Shown here: positions 38,715-51,824 of the stretch, in pieces
Numbering within the stretch: position 1 is the stretch's first letter
Layout: each line of letters begins with the position of its first letter
NCBI GenBank assembly: GCA_950097015.1
Contig: CATNEN010000027.1
Coordinates: 310,001-374,000 of the forward strand
DNA length: 64,000 nt
Reading direction: 5' to 3'
From: Macrostomum hystrix
Lineage: Eukaryota; Animalia; Platyhelminthes
Program-made: the position numbers and the translations under genes
Notes under the pieces: model-generated
Database searches by the model: none
What the model was told of the DNA's origin: nothing
What the model saw: the letters and a program-made list of their open reading frames with translations, nothing else

Positions 38715-39609
38715 TCAAAATCTGTCGAAACCATTCGCCCGATCGCAATATGGCAAATAGGGCGGGGAATCGTTCATATTGAAGGGATCTGAGGCTCCGC
38801 AGAATCCCAACTGCCAGTTCCCGCCACCGTTGGCTTCCAAACCGATTCCGCAGCCAGCTCCAGCAGTTGGCCCTCCCGCCAGGCTGACGGAGTTGAAGTA
38901 GCTGCTGAGGCCAGCAGGGCAAGCAACGCTGCTACTGAAGTCTGGCGGCGGAGGAGCTAAAATGTCCGACTTCGAAATGTCTTCGTCCGGGTCGCATGCT
39001 AGCGGGTCCGGCCCGGTTAGGGACGACTCGTGATGCCACGGATGGTGCAAAGGCGATGGCACGGGCATCTGCGGCGGCCTTTGCCGCTGACAGCGAAACC
39101 AGTTTTCAGAGCCAGTTGGAAAGCAGTCATTCCAAGAAGTCATCGGCTGATAAGAACCAGGGAACTGAAAGCATTCCCGCTGCTGCTGCTGCTGCAGCAA
39201 CGGCGAGGGTTGCTGAAAATGCTCAGAGTTATGCTGCTGCTGCTGTTGCTGCTGTTTTCGTTGTTGTTTTAGAAGACTATTGTTTGAATCCTGCTGCTGC
39301 TGCTGCTGCAGCTGCGCCTGATAACTGCTTTGGTTCTGATAGTACTGCGCCATCTGCTGTCGAATATTCTGTTGTACATTCGACTGTTGCTGGGGTAGTG
39401 CTTGACTATTGCGCCTGCGATACGACAGATTCTGCGGCTGCTGCTGATATGGCCACTGCTGCTGTCCTTGCACCATGCTCTGGTGCTGGATTAGTGGAAA
39501 CTGCCATCCGTTTAATCCATTTTGTGCACCGTTGAAACACCTAAAGTTGCCATCGAGAGATGAAGAGATTATCACTCGTGAGGACTTGGATTGCGAGGCG
39601 TGGCGGCTG
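38715..39609 (-). CDS. Unrecognised Q/N-rich low-complexity protein, last exon
   Basis: Long open frame with poly-Q; acceptor CTAACTAG|CAG in phase 2 matches the donor at 40102. Confidence 0.75.
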
Positions 39610-39616
39610 CTAGTTA

Positions 39617-40045
39617 GTGGGTACTGAGGTGGTGGGTTTTCGGGGCAGTGGGTACAGAGGTGGTCGGGTTTTGGGGCAGAGTGGGTACAGAGGTGGTGGG
39701 GTTGTGGGGCAGTGGGTACAGAGGTGGTCGGGTTTTGGGGCAGTGGGTACAGGGGTGGTCGGGTTTTGGGGCAGTGGGTACAGAGGTGGTCGGGTTTTGG
39801 GGCAGTGGGTACAGAGGTGGTGGGGTTTCGGGGCAGTGGGTACAGGCTTTGTGAGATTTCGGGGCAGTGGGTACAGAGGTGGTGGGGTTATGGGGCAGTG
39901 GGTACAGAGGTGGTCGGGTTTTGGGGCAGTGGGTACAGAGGTGGTGGGGTTTCGGGGCAGTGGGTACAGGCTTTGTGGGGTTTTGGGGCAGTGGGTACAG
40001 GCTTTGTGAGATTTCGGGGCAGTGGGTACAGGGGTGGTGGGGTTT
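39617..40045. repeat. 31-bp G-rich minisatellite GGGGCAGTGGGTACAGAGGTGGTCGGGTTTT filling an intron
   Basis: Period checked at 39737/39768. Confidence 0.95.
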
Positions 40046-40101
40046 AAGGGCAGCTGGGGTGCTTTTTCGTAAATATAAAGGCATTTTGGCCAAATCCTCA
40101 C

Positions 40102-40440
40102 CTCATTTGAGGTTGCTGCTGGTATAGTTGAGAAGGCTTATTTAAATTCTCGTTGAAATTAACATTGGCATTAAAATAATTCTGACTGGGTACTAAAATG
40201 TCATTAAACGGCTTTTGCTGCTGCTGCTGCTGCTGCTGCCGCTGATTAACAGCAAACTGCTCGTTTGGCATCGAGATCGGCTGTCCAGCGTTAACTGGTG
40301 ATGCTGATTGATTATCTAACGATAACCGTTGGAGTTCGCTGTCATCATTCTGTGCCTCATCTTCAGCGATATTGTTCTGCCTGCGGCGATCCAGACGCGA
40401 GTTTAGTCGGCTCGGCTGCAGTCTCTCCACCTGGTGAGAA
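40102..40440 (-). CDS. Unrecognised Q/N-rich protein, middle exon
   Basis: 339 nt, phase 2/2; acceptor gcgacAG| (alternative at 40430); donor ATGAG|GTGAGG. Confidence 0.7.
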
Positions 40441-40554
40441 CTGTCGCGTGGTGCGTTGAGTACAGTTGAGAACAGTGACAGTTTATGAGGGTGACGAGGG
40501 TTAACAAGTGACAAAAATTAAAATATTCTGTCCAGGGTGATCTCAGGAAAACGA

Positions 40555-43500
40555 AAATTGAATTCTTGTGAACACGAGAATTGGGATCTTGTGAACACGA
40601 GAATTGGGATCTTGTGAACACGAGAATTGGGATCTTGTGAACACGAGAATTGGGATCTTGTGAACACGAGAATTGGGATCTTGTGAACACGAGAATTGGG
40701 ATTTTGGAAACACGAGAATTGGGATCTTGTGAACACGAGAATTAGGATCTTGTGAACACGAGAATTGGGATCTTGTGAACACGAGAATTAGGATCTTGTG
40801 AACACGAGAATTGGGATTTTGGAAACACGAGAATTGGGATTTTGGAAACACAAGAATTGGGATTTTGGAAACACGAGAATTGGGATCTTGTAAACACGAG
40901 AATTGGGATCTTGTGAACACGAGAATTAGGATCTTGTGAACACGAGAATTGGGATTTTGGAAACACGAGAATTGGGATTTTGGAAACACAAGAATTGGGA
41001 TTTTGGAAACACGAGAATTGGGATCTTGTGAACACGAGAATTGGGATCTTGTGAACACGAAAATTGGGATTTTGGGAACACGAGAATTGGGATCTTGTGA
41101 ACACGAGAATTGGGATTTTGGGAACACGAGAATTGGGATCTTGTCAACACGAGAATTGGGATTTTGGGAACACGAGAATTGGGATCTTGTGAACACGAGA
41201 ATTGGGATCTTGTGAACACGAGAATTGGGATATTGGGAACACGAGAATTGGGATCTTGTGAACACGAGAATTGGGATCTTGTGAACACGAGAATTGGGAT
41301 TTTGGGAACACGAGAATTGGGATCTTGTGAACACGAGAATTGGGATCTTGTGAACACGAAAATTGGGATTTTGGGAACATGAGAATTGGGATCTTGTGAA
41401 AACAAGAATTAGGATCTTGTGAACACGAGAATTGGGATCTTGTGAACACGAGAATTGGGATTTTGTGAACACGAGAATTGCGATCTTGTGAACACGAGAA
41501 TTGGGATCTTGTGAACACGAGAATTGGGATCTTATGAACACGAGAATTAGGATCTTGTGAACACGAGAATTAGGATCTTGTGAACACGAGAATTGGGATC
41601 TTGTGAACACGAGAATTGGGATTTTGTGAACACGAGAATTAGGATCTTGTGAACACGAGAATTGGGATCTTGTGAACACGAGAATTGGGATCTTATGAAC
41701 ACGAGAATTAGGATCTTGTGAACACAAGAATTAGGATCTTGTGAACACGAGAATTGGGATCTTGTGAACACGAGAATTGGGATCTTGTGAACACGAGAAT
41801 TGGGATCTTGTGAACACGAGAATTGGGATTTTGGGAACATGAGAATTGGGATCTTGTGAAAACGAGAATTAGGATCTTGTGAACACGAGAATTGGGATTT
41901 TGGGAACATGAGAATTGGGATCTTGTGAAAACGAGAATTAGGATCTTGTGAACACGAGAATTGGGATCTTGTGAACACGAGAATTGGGATCTTGTGAACA
42001 CGAGAATTGGGATCTTGTGAACACGAGAATTGGGATCTTGTGAACACGAGAATTAGGATCTTGTGAACACGAGAATTGGGATCTTGTGAACACGAGAATT
42101 GGGATTTTGTGAACACGAGAATTAGGATCTTGTGAACACGAGAATTGGGATCTTGTGAACACGAGAATTGGGATCTTGTGAACACGAGAATTGGGATTTT
42201 GGAAACACGAGAATTGGGATCTTGTGAACACGAGAATTGGGATCTTGTGAACACGAGAATTGGGATCTTGTGAACACGAGAATTAGGATCTTGTGAACAC
42301 GAGAATTGGGATTTTGGAAACACGAGAATTGGGATTTTGGAAACACAAGAATTGGGATTTTGGAAACACGAGAATTGGGATCTTGTAAACACGAGAATTG
42401 GGATCTTGTGAACACGAGAATTAGGATCTTGTGAACACGAGAATTGGGATTTTGGAAACACGAGAATTGGGATTTTGGAAACACAAGAATTGGGATTTTG
42501 GAAACACGAGAATTGGGATCTTGTGAACACGAGAATTGGGATCTTGTGAACACGAAAATTGGGATTTTGGGAACACGAGAATTGGGATCTTGTGAACACG
42601 AGAATTGGGATTTTGGGAACACGAGAATTGGGATCTTGTCAACACGAGAATTGGGATTTTGGGAACACGAGAATTGGGATCTTGTGAACACGAGAATTGG
42701 GATCTTGTGAACACGAGAATTGGGATATTGGGAACACGAGAATTGGGATCTTGTGAACACGAGAATTGGGATCTTGTGAACACGAGAATTGGGATTTTGG
42801 GAACACGAGAATTGGGATCTTGTGAACACGAGAATTGGGATCTTGTGAACACGAAAATTGGGATTTTGGGAACATGAGAATTGGGATCTTGTGAAAACAA
42901 GAATTAGGATCTTGTGAACACGAGAATTGGGATCTTGTGAACACGAGAATTGGGATTTTGTGAACACGAGAATTGCGATCTTGTGAACACGAGAATTGGG
43001 ATCTTGTGAACACGAGAATTGGGATCTTATGAACACGAGAATTAGGATCTTGTGAACACGAGAATTAGGATCTTGTGAACACGAGAATTGGGATCTTGTG
43101 AACACGAGAATTGGGATTTTGTGAACACGAGAATTAGGATCTTGTGAACACGAGAATTGGGATCTTGTGAACACGAGAATTGGGATCTTATGAACACGAG
43201 AATTAGGATCTTGTGAACACAAGAATTAGGATCTTGTGAACACGAGAATTGGGATCTTGTGAACACGAGAATTGGGATCTTGTGAACACGAGAATTGGGA
43301 TCTTGTGAACACGAGAATTGGGATTTTGGGAACATGAGAATTGGGATCTTGTGAAAACGAGAATTAGGATCTTGTGAACACGAGAATTGGGATTTTGGGA
43401 ACATGAGAATTGGGATCTTGTGAAAACGAGAATTAGGATCTTGTGAACACGAGAATTGGGATCTTGTGAACACGAGAATTGGGATCTTGTGAACACGAGA

Positions 43501-46500
43501 ATTGGGATCTTGTGAACACGAGAATTGGGATCTTGTGAACACGAGAATTAGGATCTTGTGAACACGAGAATTGGGATCTTGTGAACACGAGAATTGGGAT
43601 TTTGTGAACACGAGAATTAGGATCTTGTGAACACGAGAATTGGGATCTTGTGAACACGAGAATTGGGATTTTGGAAACACGAGAATCGGGATATTGGGAA
43701 CACGAGAATTGGGATCTTGTGAACACGAGAATTGGGATTTTGGAAACACGAGAATTGGGATTTTGGAAACACAAGAATTGGGATTTTGGAAACACGAGAA
43801 TTGGGATCTTGTAAACACGAGAATTGGGATCTTGTGAACACGAGAATTAGGATCTTGTGAACACGAGAATTGGGATTTTGGAAACACGAGAATTGGGATT
43901 TTGGAAACACAAGAATTGGGATTTTGGAAACACGAGAATTGGGATCTTGTGAACACGAGAATTGGGATCTTGTGAACACGAAAATTGGGATTTTGGGAAC
44001 ACGAGAATTGGGATCTTGTGAACACGAGAATTGGGATTTTGGGAACACGAGAATTGGGATCTTGTCAACACGAGAATTGGGATTTTGGGAACACGAGAAT
44101 TGGGATCTTGTGAACACGAGAATTGGGATCTTGTGAACACGAGAATTGGGATATTGGGAACACGAGAATTGGGATCTTGTGAACACGAGAATTGGGATCT
44201 TGTGAACACGAGAATTGGGATTTTGGGAACACGAGAATTGGGATCTTGTGAACACGAGAATTGGGATCTTGTGAACACGAAAATTGGGATTTTGGGAACA
44301 TGAGAATTGGGATCTTGTGAAAACAAGAATTAGGATCTTGTGAACACGAGAATTGGGATCTTGTGAACACGAGAATTGGGATTTTGTGAACACGAGAATT
44401 GCGATCTTGTGAACACGAGAATTGGGATCTTGTGAACACGAGAATTGGGATCTTATGAACACGAGAATTAGGATCTTGTGAACACGAGAATTAGGATCTT
44501 GTGAACACGAGAATTGGGATCTTGTGAACACGAGAATTGGGATTTTGTGAACACGAGAATTAGGATCTTGTGAACACGAGAATTGGGATCTTGTGAACAC
44601 GAGAATTGGGATCTTATGAACACGAGAATTAGGATCTTGTGAACACAAGAATTAGGATCTTGTGAACACGAGAATTGGGATCTTGTGAACACGAGAATTG
44701 GGATCTTGTGAACACGAGAATTGGGATCTTGTGAACACGAGAATTGGGATTTTGGGAACATGAGAATTGGGATCTTGTGAAAACGAGAATTAGGATCTTG
44801 TGAACACGAGAATTGGGATTTTGGGAACATGAGAATTGGGATCTTGTGAAAACGAGAATTAGGATCTTGTGAACACGAGAATTGGGATCTTGTGAACACG
44901 AGAATTGGGATCTTGTGAACACGAGAATTGGGATCTTGTGAACACGAGAATTGGGATCTTGTGAACACGAGAATTAGGATCTTGTGAACACGAGAATTGG
45001 GATCTTGTGAACACGAGAATTGGGATTTTGTGAACACGAGAATTAGGATCTTGTGAACACGAGAATTGGGATCTTGTGAACACGAGAATTGGGATCTTGT
45101 GAACACGAGAATTGGGATTTTGGAAACACGAGAATTGGGATCTTGTGAACACGAGAATTAGGATCTTGTGAACACGAGAATTGGGATCTTGTGAACACGA
45201 GAATTAGGATCTTGTGAACACGAGAATTGGGATTTTGGAAACACGAGAATTGGGATTTTGGAAACACAAGAATTGGGATTTTGGAAACACGAGAATTGGG
45301 ATCTTGTAAACACGAGAATTGGGATCTTGTGAACACGAGAATTAGGATCTTGTGAACACGAGAATTGGGATTTTGGAAACACGAGAATTGGGATTTTGGA
45401 AACACAAGAATTGGGATTTTGGAAACACGAGAATTGGGATCTTGTGAACACGAGAATTGGGATCTTGTGAACACGAAAATTGGGATTTTGGGAACACGAG
45501 AATTGGGATCTTGTGAACACGAGAATTGGGATTTTGGGAACACGAGAATTGGGATCTTGTCAACACGAGAATTGGGATTTTGGGAACACGAGAATTGGGA
45601 TCTTGTGAACACGAGAATTGGGATCTTGTGAACACGAGAATTGGGATATTGGGAACACGAGAATTGGGATCTTGTGAACACGAGAATTGGGATCTTGTGA
45701 ACACGAGAATTGGGATTTTGGGAACACGAGAATTGGGATCTTGTGAACACGAGAATTGGGATCTTGTGAACACGAAAATTGGGATTTTGGGAACATGAGA
45801 ATTGGGATCTTGTGAAAACAAGAATTAGGATCTTGTGAACACGAGAATTGGGATCTTGTGAACACGAGAATTGGGATTTTGTGAACACGAGAATTGCGAT
45901 CTTGTGAACACGAGAATTGGGATCTTGTGAACACGAGAATTGGGATCTTATGAACACGAGAATTAGGATCTTGTGAACACGAGAATTAGGATCTTGTGAA
46001 CACGAGAATTGGGATCTTGTGAACACGAGAATTGGGATTTTGTGAACACGAGAATTAGGATCTTGTGAACACGAGAATTGGGATCTTGTGAACACGAGAA
46101 TTGGGATCTTATGAACACGAGAATTAGGATCTTGTGAACACAAGAATTAGGATCTTGTGAACACGAGAATTGGGATCTTGTGAACACGAGAATTGGGATC
46201 TTGTGAACACGAGAATTGGGATCTTGTGAACACGAGAATTGGGATTTTGGGAACATGAGAATTGGGATCTTGTGAAAACGAGAATTAGGATCTTGTGAAC
46301 ACGAGAATTGGGATTTTGGGAACATGAGAATTGGGATCTTGTGAAAACGAGAATTAGGATCTTGTGAACACGAGAATTGGGATCTTGTGAACACGAGAAT
46401 TGGGATCTTGTGAACACGAGAATTGGGATCTTGTGAACACGAGAATTGGGATCTTGTGAACACGAGAATTAGGATCTTGTGAACACGAGAATTGGGATCT

Positions 46501-47445
46501 TGTGAACACGAGAATTGGGATTTTGTGAACACGAGAATTAGGATCTTGTGAACACGAGAATTGGGATCTTGTGAACACGAGAATTGGGATTTTGGAAACA
46601 CGAGAATCGGGATATTGGGAACACGAGAATTGGGATCTTGTGAACACGAGAATTGGGATCTTGTGAACACGAGAATTGGGATCTTGTGAACACGAGAATT
46701 GGGATCTTGTGAACACGAGAATTGGGATTTTGGGAACATGAGAATTGGGATCTTGTTAACACGAGAATTGGGATCTTGTGAACACGAGAATTGGGATTTT
46801 GGGAACATGAGAATTGGGATCTTGTGAACACGAGAATTGGGATCTTGTGAACACGAGAATTGGGATCTTGTGAACACGAGAATTGGGATCTTGTGAACAC
46901 GAGAATTGGGATCTTGTGAACACGAGAATTGGGATCTTGTGAACACGAGAATTGGGATTTTGGGAACACGAGAATTGGGATCTTGTTAACACGAGAATTG
47001 GGATCTTGTTAACACGAGAATTGGGATCTTGTGAACACGAGAATTGGGATTTTGGGAACATGAGAATTGGGATCTTGTGAACACGAGAATTGGGATCTTG
47101 TGAACACGAGAATTGGGATCTTGTGAACACGAGAATTGGGATCTTGTGAACACGAGAATTGGGATCTTGTGAACACGAGAATTGGGATCTTGTGAACACG
47201 AGAATTGGGATCTTGTGAACACGAGAATTGGGATTTTGGGAACACGAGAATTGGGATCTTATGAACACGAGAATTGGGATCTTGTGAACACGAGAATTGG
47301 GATCTTGTGAACACGAGAATTGGGATTTTAGGAACACGAGAATTGGGATCTTGTGAACACGAGAATTGGGATTTTGGGAACACGAGAATTGGGATCTTGT
47401 GAACACAAGAAATGGGATATTGTGAACACAAGAATTGGGATCTTT
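40555..47445. repeat. 6.9-kb intronic 23-bp minisatellite GAACACGAGAATTGGGATCTTGT (~300 copies) with higher-order periodicity
   Basis: Direct reading; rare variants recur at 1495/1426/1495-bp spacing. Confidence 0.99.
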
Positions 47446-47516
47446 AGGAAAATTGGAACTAAACTAATCGATGTGGACTTTTTGCACTGCCCCAGAGGAC
47501 AGTCACGTGTTCTCAC

Positions 47517-47974
47517 CCGCTGCTGTTCGTGCGGTTCTCCAGCTGTTGGCGTCGTTGCCACTCGGTCGGTCCTGCGTACTTCGCCAGTGGCCGAATTGAT
47601 GAGGAGCAATTGTGGTTGTTGTTCCCCCGCTGGTGTCGTTTTCGTCGACGCCTTGTAGATCGACCACGGCCCGTCTGATCCTCCATGATCACCCAGATCG
47701 GCAATAACGCTTTGTTGCTTCGCTGACTAGCAGGCGCTGCTGTTGACGAATTCGAAGCCGGCGACGTTGACGATGCTGACGACGACGACGAGCCGTCGCG
47801 CGACGTCGAAGACGAGGAAGAGGACTGGGAGGACTCTCGCAAACGCTGACGACAACTTCGATGGAGGCGATGGCGCTGGCTGTTGCTATGGCCAGTTGAT
47901 AAGGAGCGGTCGCTGCCGCTGCTGCGGCAGGCTTTCCGGTTCCTTCTCGCGGAGGAGTAGCTGGACTTCTGCAT
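47517..47974 (-). CDS. Unrecognised Q/N-rich protein, probable first coding exon (S/R-rich)
   Basis: GC-rich open frame, donor GG|GTGAGA, acceptor tttatAG at 48004 upstream of the ATG. Reading frame somewhat ambiguous. Confidence 0.55.
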
Positions 47975-48289
47975 CGGCGGCGCTGGAAGTATTTCAGCGC
48001 CGCCTATAAAATCAATGCGATCGAAACTGGGATTTGACGCGAGAATTCCTGTGACAGTTGCTATGCATTATGACAAGCGATGCTGCCGCATGCTTTTTTG
48101 ACTGCTGTTTGAAAATATCTAAATTTTTGTTTTAACAAAACCTAAGGCCAAAGACTTTTCCGTGTACTCGATTGATTTGTTCATAGACAAAAATTTAACT
48201 TCCCAAATTAAATGATAAATATAAAGTGAGCACAGTAGGTCCATGACCATTAATAAACATTTTTAGCTTGCTTTGGGGATCATCCTTCA

Positions 48290-49105
48290 ACAGTCTGAGT
48301 AGGATACTGTCAGCAGTCTGAGTAGGATACTGTCAGCAGTCTGAGTAGGATACTGTCAGCAGTCTGAGTAGGATACTGTCAACAGTCTGAGTAGGATACT
48401 GTCAGCAGTCTGAGTAGGATACTGTCAGCAGTCTGAGTAGGATACTGTCAGCAGTCTGAGTAGGATACTGTCAGCAGTCTCAGTAGGATACTGTCAGCAG
48501 TCTGAGTAGGATACTGTCAACAGTCTGAGTAGGATACTGTCAGCAGTCTGAGTAGGATACTTTCAGCAGTCTGAGTAGGATACTGTCAGCAGTCTGAGTA
48601 GGATACTGTCAGCAGTCTGAGTAGGATACTGTCAGCAGTCTGAGTAGGATACTGTCAGCAGTCTGAGTAGGATACTGTCAGCAGTCTGAGTAGGATACAG
48701 TGTCAGCAGTCTGAGTAGGATACTGTGTCAGCAGTCTGAGTAGGATACTGTGTCAGCAGTCTGAGTAGGATACTGTGTCAGCAGTCTGAGTAGGATGCTG
48801 TGTCAGCAGTCTGAGTAGGATACTGTCAGCAGTCTGAGTAGGATACTGTGTCAGCAGTCTGAGTAGGATACTGTGTCAGCAGTCTGAGTAGGATACTGTG
48901 TCAGCAGTCTGAGTAGGATACTGTGTCAGCAGTCTGAGTAGGATGCTGTGTCAGCAGTCTGAGTAGGATACTGTGTCAGCAGTCTGAGTAGGATACTGTG
49001 TCAGCAGTCTGAGTAGGATACTGTGTCAGCAGTCCGAGTAGGATACTGTGTCAGCAGTCTGAGTAGGATACTGTGTCAGCAGTCCGAGTAGGATACTGTG
49101 TCAGC
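48290..49105. repeat. 23-bp to 25-bp minisatellite CAGCAGTCTGAGTAGGATACTGT(GT)
   Basis: Direct reading; unit gains GT after ~48700. Confidence 0.97.
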
Positions 49106-49749
49106 ATTCACTTTCCGCTTTCGAACATTTCAATCGGACAGAAAATCTCAATCGGGCCCTAGAAGGTTAAGTCGATATTCCCTCGGCCTAGACAAGAATT
49201 TTTTGGCCCCATGAAAATTGCTAAACTGTACTTTTACCACATTTTACACGGCGCAGTACAGCAACTACAGGCAGATAAGCATGGACTGTGATCAGCTGCT
49301 CACGATTTATCAATCTATTGTGATTGCTTCCACCGCGCCGGCTAATCGACATTGCCGCGATCAAAACAAAAATTCATACAGGAAAACATGCAGACTGAAT
49401 TTCATATCAGTCTGGCCAATAACAATCATTTAAAAGTAAACACACCACCTGAAAGGAATTGGCAAAGAAACGGCAATTTACAAGAAAAATTGTTTCCCCC
49501 TCTATTCTAGGACTTCTATTGGTAATCTGCAGGGAGTTTTAGGAACTGGGAAACACCACCTGACGCTAGCGGCCCCAGAAAGAAACAAGCGCGAGTTAAG
49601 AAGCAAATCTTAAAAAAATCAGTAACACAGCCTCGTCTGTGCTCAGGACTCTAAATTCAAGCCAGGAATCTGGCATCAAAGATTGTAAATCGAAAAAAAG
49701 ATAGCGACGCCAAGAGTTTAGAGAAAAGTTCAAGAATCTTGAAACTATT

Positions 49750-50005
49750 TTTATATTAGATGATTCCTAGAATCGTATTTGATTCCTTGAATCGTAGATG
49801 ATTCCTAGAATTATAGATGATTCCTAGAATCATACATGATTCATTGAGTCGTAAATGATTCCTAGAATTGTAGCTCATTCCTTGAATCATAGATGATTCC
49901 TAGAATTATAGATTATGATTCCTAGAATCATAGATGATTCCTAGAATCGTAGATGATTCCTAGAACCAAGGACGTTTTCTGGAATCGTTGCCGATTCCTA
50001 GAATT
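49750..50005. repeat. Degenerate 19-bp minisatellite TAGATGATTCCTAGAATCR
   Basis: Period seen at 49917/49936/49955. Confidence 0.85.
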
Positions 50006-50104
50006 GTTAAAAAAATTTGAGTTAGAAAACTTCTAATGATAATACACCGGTAACACTTTTACAAAGAAAGCACAACTCAAAGATATTCACAATTAGAATG
50101 CTTT

Positions 50105-50110
50105 TTTATT
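50105..50110 (-). promoter_or_regulatory. Probable GGACT polyadenylation signal AATAAA
   Basis: About 47 nt downstream of the stop codon. Confidence 0.55.
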
Positions 50111-50156
50111 AAATTTACTGACGCAATAGCTTTTAAAATTAGTCATCGCATTAAAG

Positions 50157-50321
50157 TCAGTAAATGTCGACAGGTGATTCATCCTCCGCCTCCAACTGAT
50201 CAGGTGACGTCACATCGTCCAGTTCAATTAGGTAAGGTCGGCCATGATCGCCATTGGATCGATAATCGGCTAGATGAGGCAGACCAAGCATTCTCTGGTC
50301 TGGTCCGCTGTAGATGTAAAT
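50157..50321 (-). CDS. GGACT: Gamma-glutamylamine cyclotransferase (GGCT/AIG2-like fold), exon 2
   Basis: Acceptor ccctcAG|ATT, phase 0. IYIYSGPDQRMLGLPHLADYRSNGDHGRPY matches the GGACT C-terminal LP.L..Y.S.G.HG..Y pattern. Absent from the ORF track. Confidence 0.85.
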   Translation of the reverse strand: MYIYSGPDQRMLGLPHLADYRSNGDHGRPYLIELDDVTSPDQLEAEDESPVDIY

Positions 50322-50329
50322 CTGAGGGT

Positions 50330-51125
50330 GAAATTGGGATTTGGTTTGGGGATTTCGTGGCTTAGTTTCAAATAGTTTAGGGGTTTCATAGTTTAGTTTG
50401 GGATTTCATGGTATAGTTTTGGGATTTCATTGCTTAGTCTGTTGATTTTATGGTTTAGTTTGTTGATTTCATGGTTTAATTTGGGAATTTCATGGTTTAG
50501 TTTGGGAATTTCATGGTTTAGTTTGGGAATTTCATGGTTTAGTTTGGGGATTTCATGCTTTAGTTTGGGAATTTCATGGTTTAGTTTGGGGATTTCATGG
50601 TTTAGTTTGGGGATTTCATGGTTTAGTTTGGGGATTTCATGCTTTAGTTTGGGAATTTCATGCTTTAGTTTGGGGATTTCATGGTTTAGTTTGGGGATTT
50701 CATGGTTTAGTTTGGGAATTTCATGGTTTAGTTTGGGGATTTCATGGTTTAGTTTGGGGATTTCATGGTTTAGTTTGGGGATTTTATGGTTTAGTTTGGG
50801 GATTTCATCGTTTAGTTTAGGGATTTCATCGTTTAGTTTAGGGATTAAATGGTTTAGTTTAGGGATTTCATTGTTTAGTTTGAGTTTAAATGATTTAGTT
50901 TGGGATTTCATGGTTTAGTTTTGGGTCAACCCGTGGTTTAGTTTGGGGTCAAGTCGTGGTTTAGGGATTTCATAGTTTAGTTTAGGGATTAAATTATTTA
51001 GTTTAGGGATTTGGGGATCCCTAATTCCTAGAATCGTAGCTCGTTCCTAGAATCATAGATGAATCATAGATAGGGATATCATGGTTTAGCTTAAGGATTT
51101 CATGGTTTAGCTTGCGAATAACATG
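50330..51125. repeat. 21-bp minisatellite TTTAGTTTGGGGATTTCATGG in the GGACT intron
   Basis: Direct reading. Confidence 0.96.
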
Positions 51126-51532
51126 GTTTAGCTTGGGACAATTATCCCTGATGTAGCTACGAGTGACAATTATTTTAAACGGCATTTTGTTTACAAAGGA
51201 CTGTGGAGCATGATGCCATTGTGCACGTCAACTCTCCCACGCAAAGTTAAATTTAAAATCAATTTTTTTCTACGAAAATAAAGCACCAGACTAGAACGGA
51301 ACACCCGCCCCCAGCTAGAGACGCATTGTAGCTTAACAACGAAAATAAAACAGCGAGTTTTGCTGCTAAGCTTTGAAATTTTATGGACTGTAAATTTCTA
51401 CTAAAGATCGCGGCGCGGCCTAGACTAGACTAACTAATCTAACTAAGAAATTCTTCAAGATAGACAAAAAATGTGGACATGCTCTTCAACGCTACTTTTC
51501 TTTTATTAACCAGTAGTATCGTGAGGACATGA

Positions 51533-51694
51533 GGGGGTGAGATGCAGAGCGGTTAACGCGTTTGCCTCTCGCACCAAGGTCCCTGAGCTCGATTCCGCGG
51601 CGAGGCCACATTCATTTAGGGCGCAGCCGCGGAGAGAAGGCTTGGGGGCTTGCGTTGCGATCTACACCCTGGAGGGCCAACCTCCAAGGCACAG
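51533..51694 (+). mobile_element. tRNA-derived SINE, family A, copy 2 (CpG-intact), in the GGACT intron
   Basis: A-box-like GCAGAGCGG and B-box-like AGCTCGATTCC; colinear with 4933-5093. Confidence 0.8.
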
Positions 51695-51824
51695 AGAAAA
51701 TGTACACTGCCTGACGATGAGAAATTAATGCTTTTTACTGCTATGAGTTACAGACTTCCCCATTCAACCGATCCCCGCGAAATCCACAAAAGGAATCATT
51801 TTGTAAATTACTCCTGATTCGCAC

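Noticed and set aside
40543-47431. Many 100-390-aa ORFs with 23-aa periodicity
   Set aside because: Products of the 23-bp unit cycling through frames; intronic.
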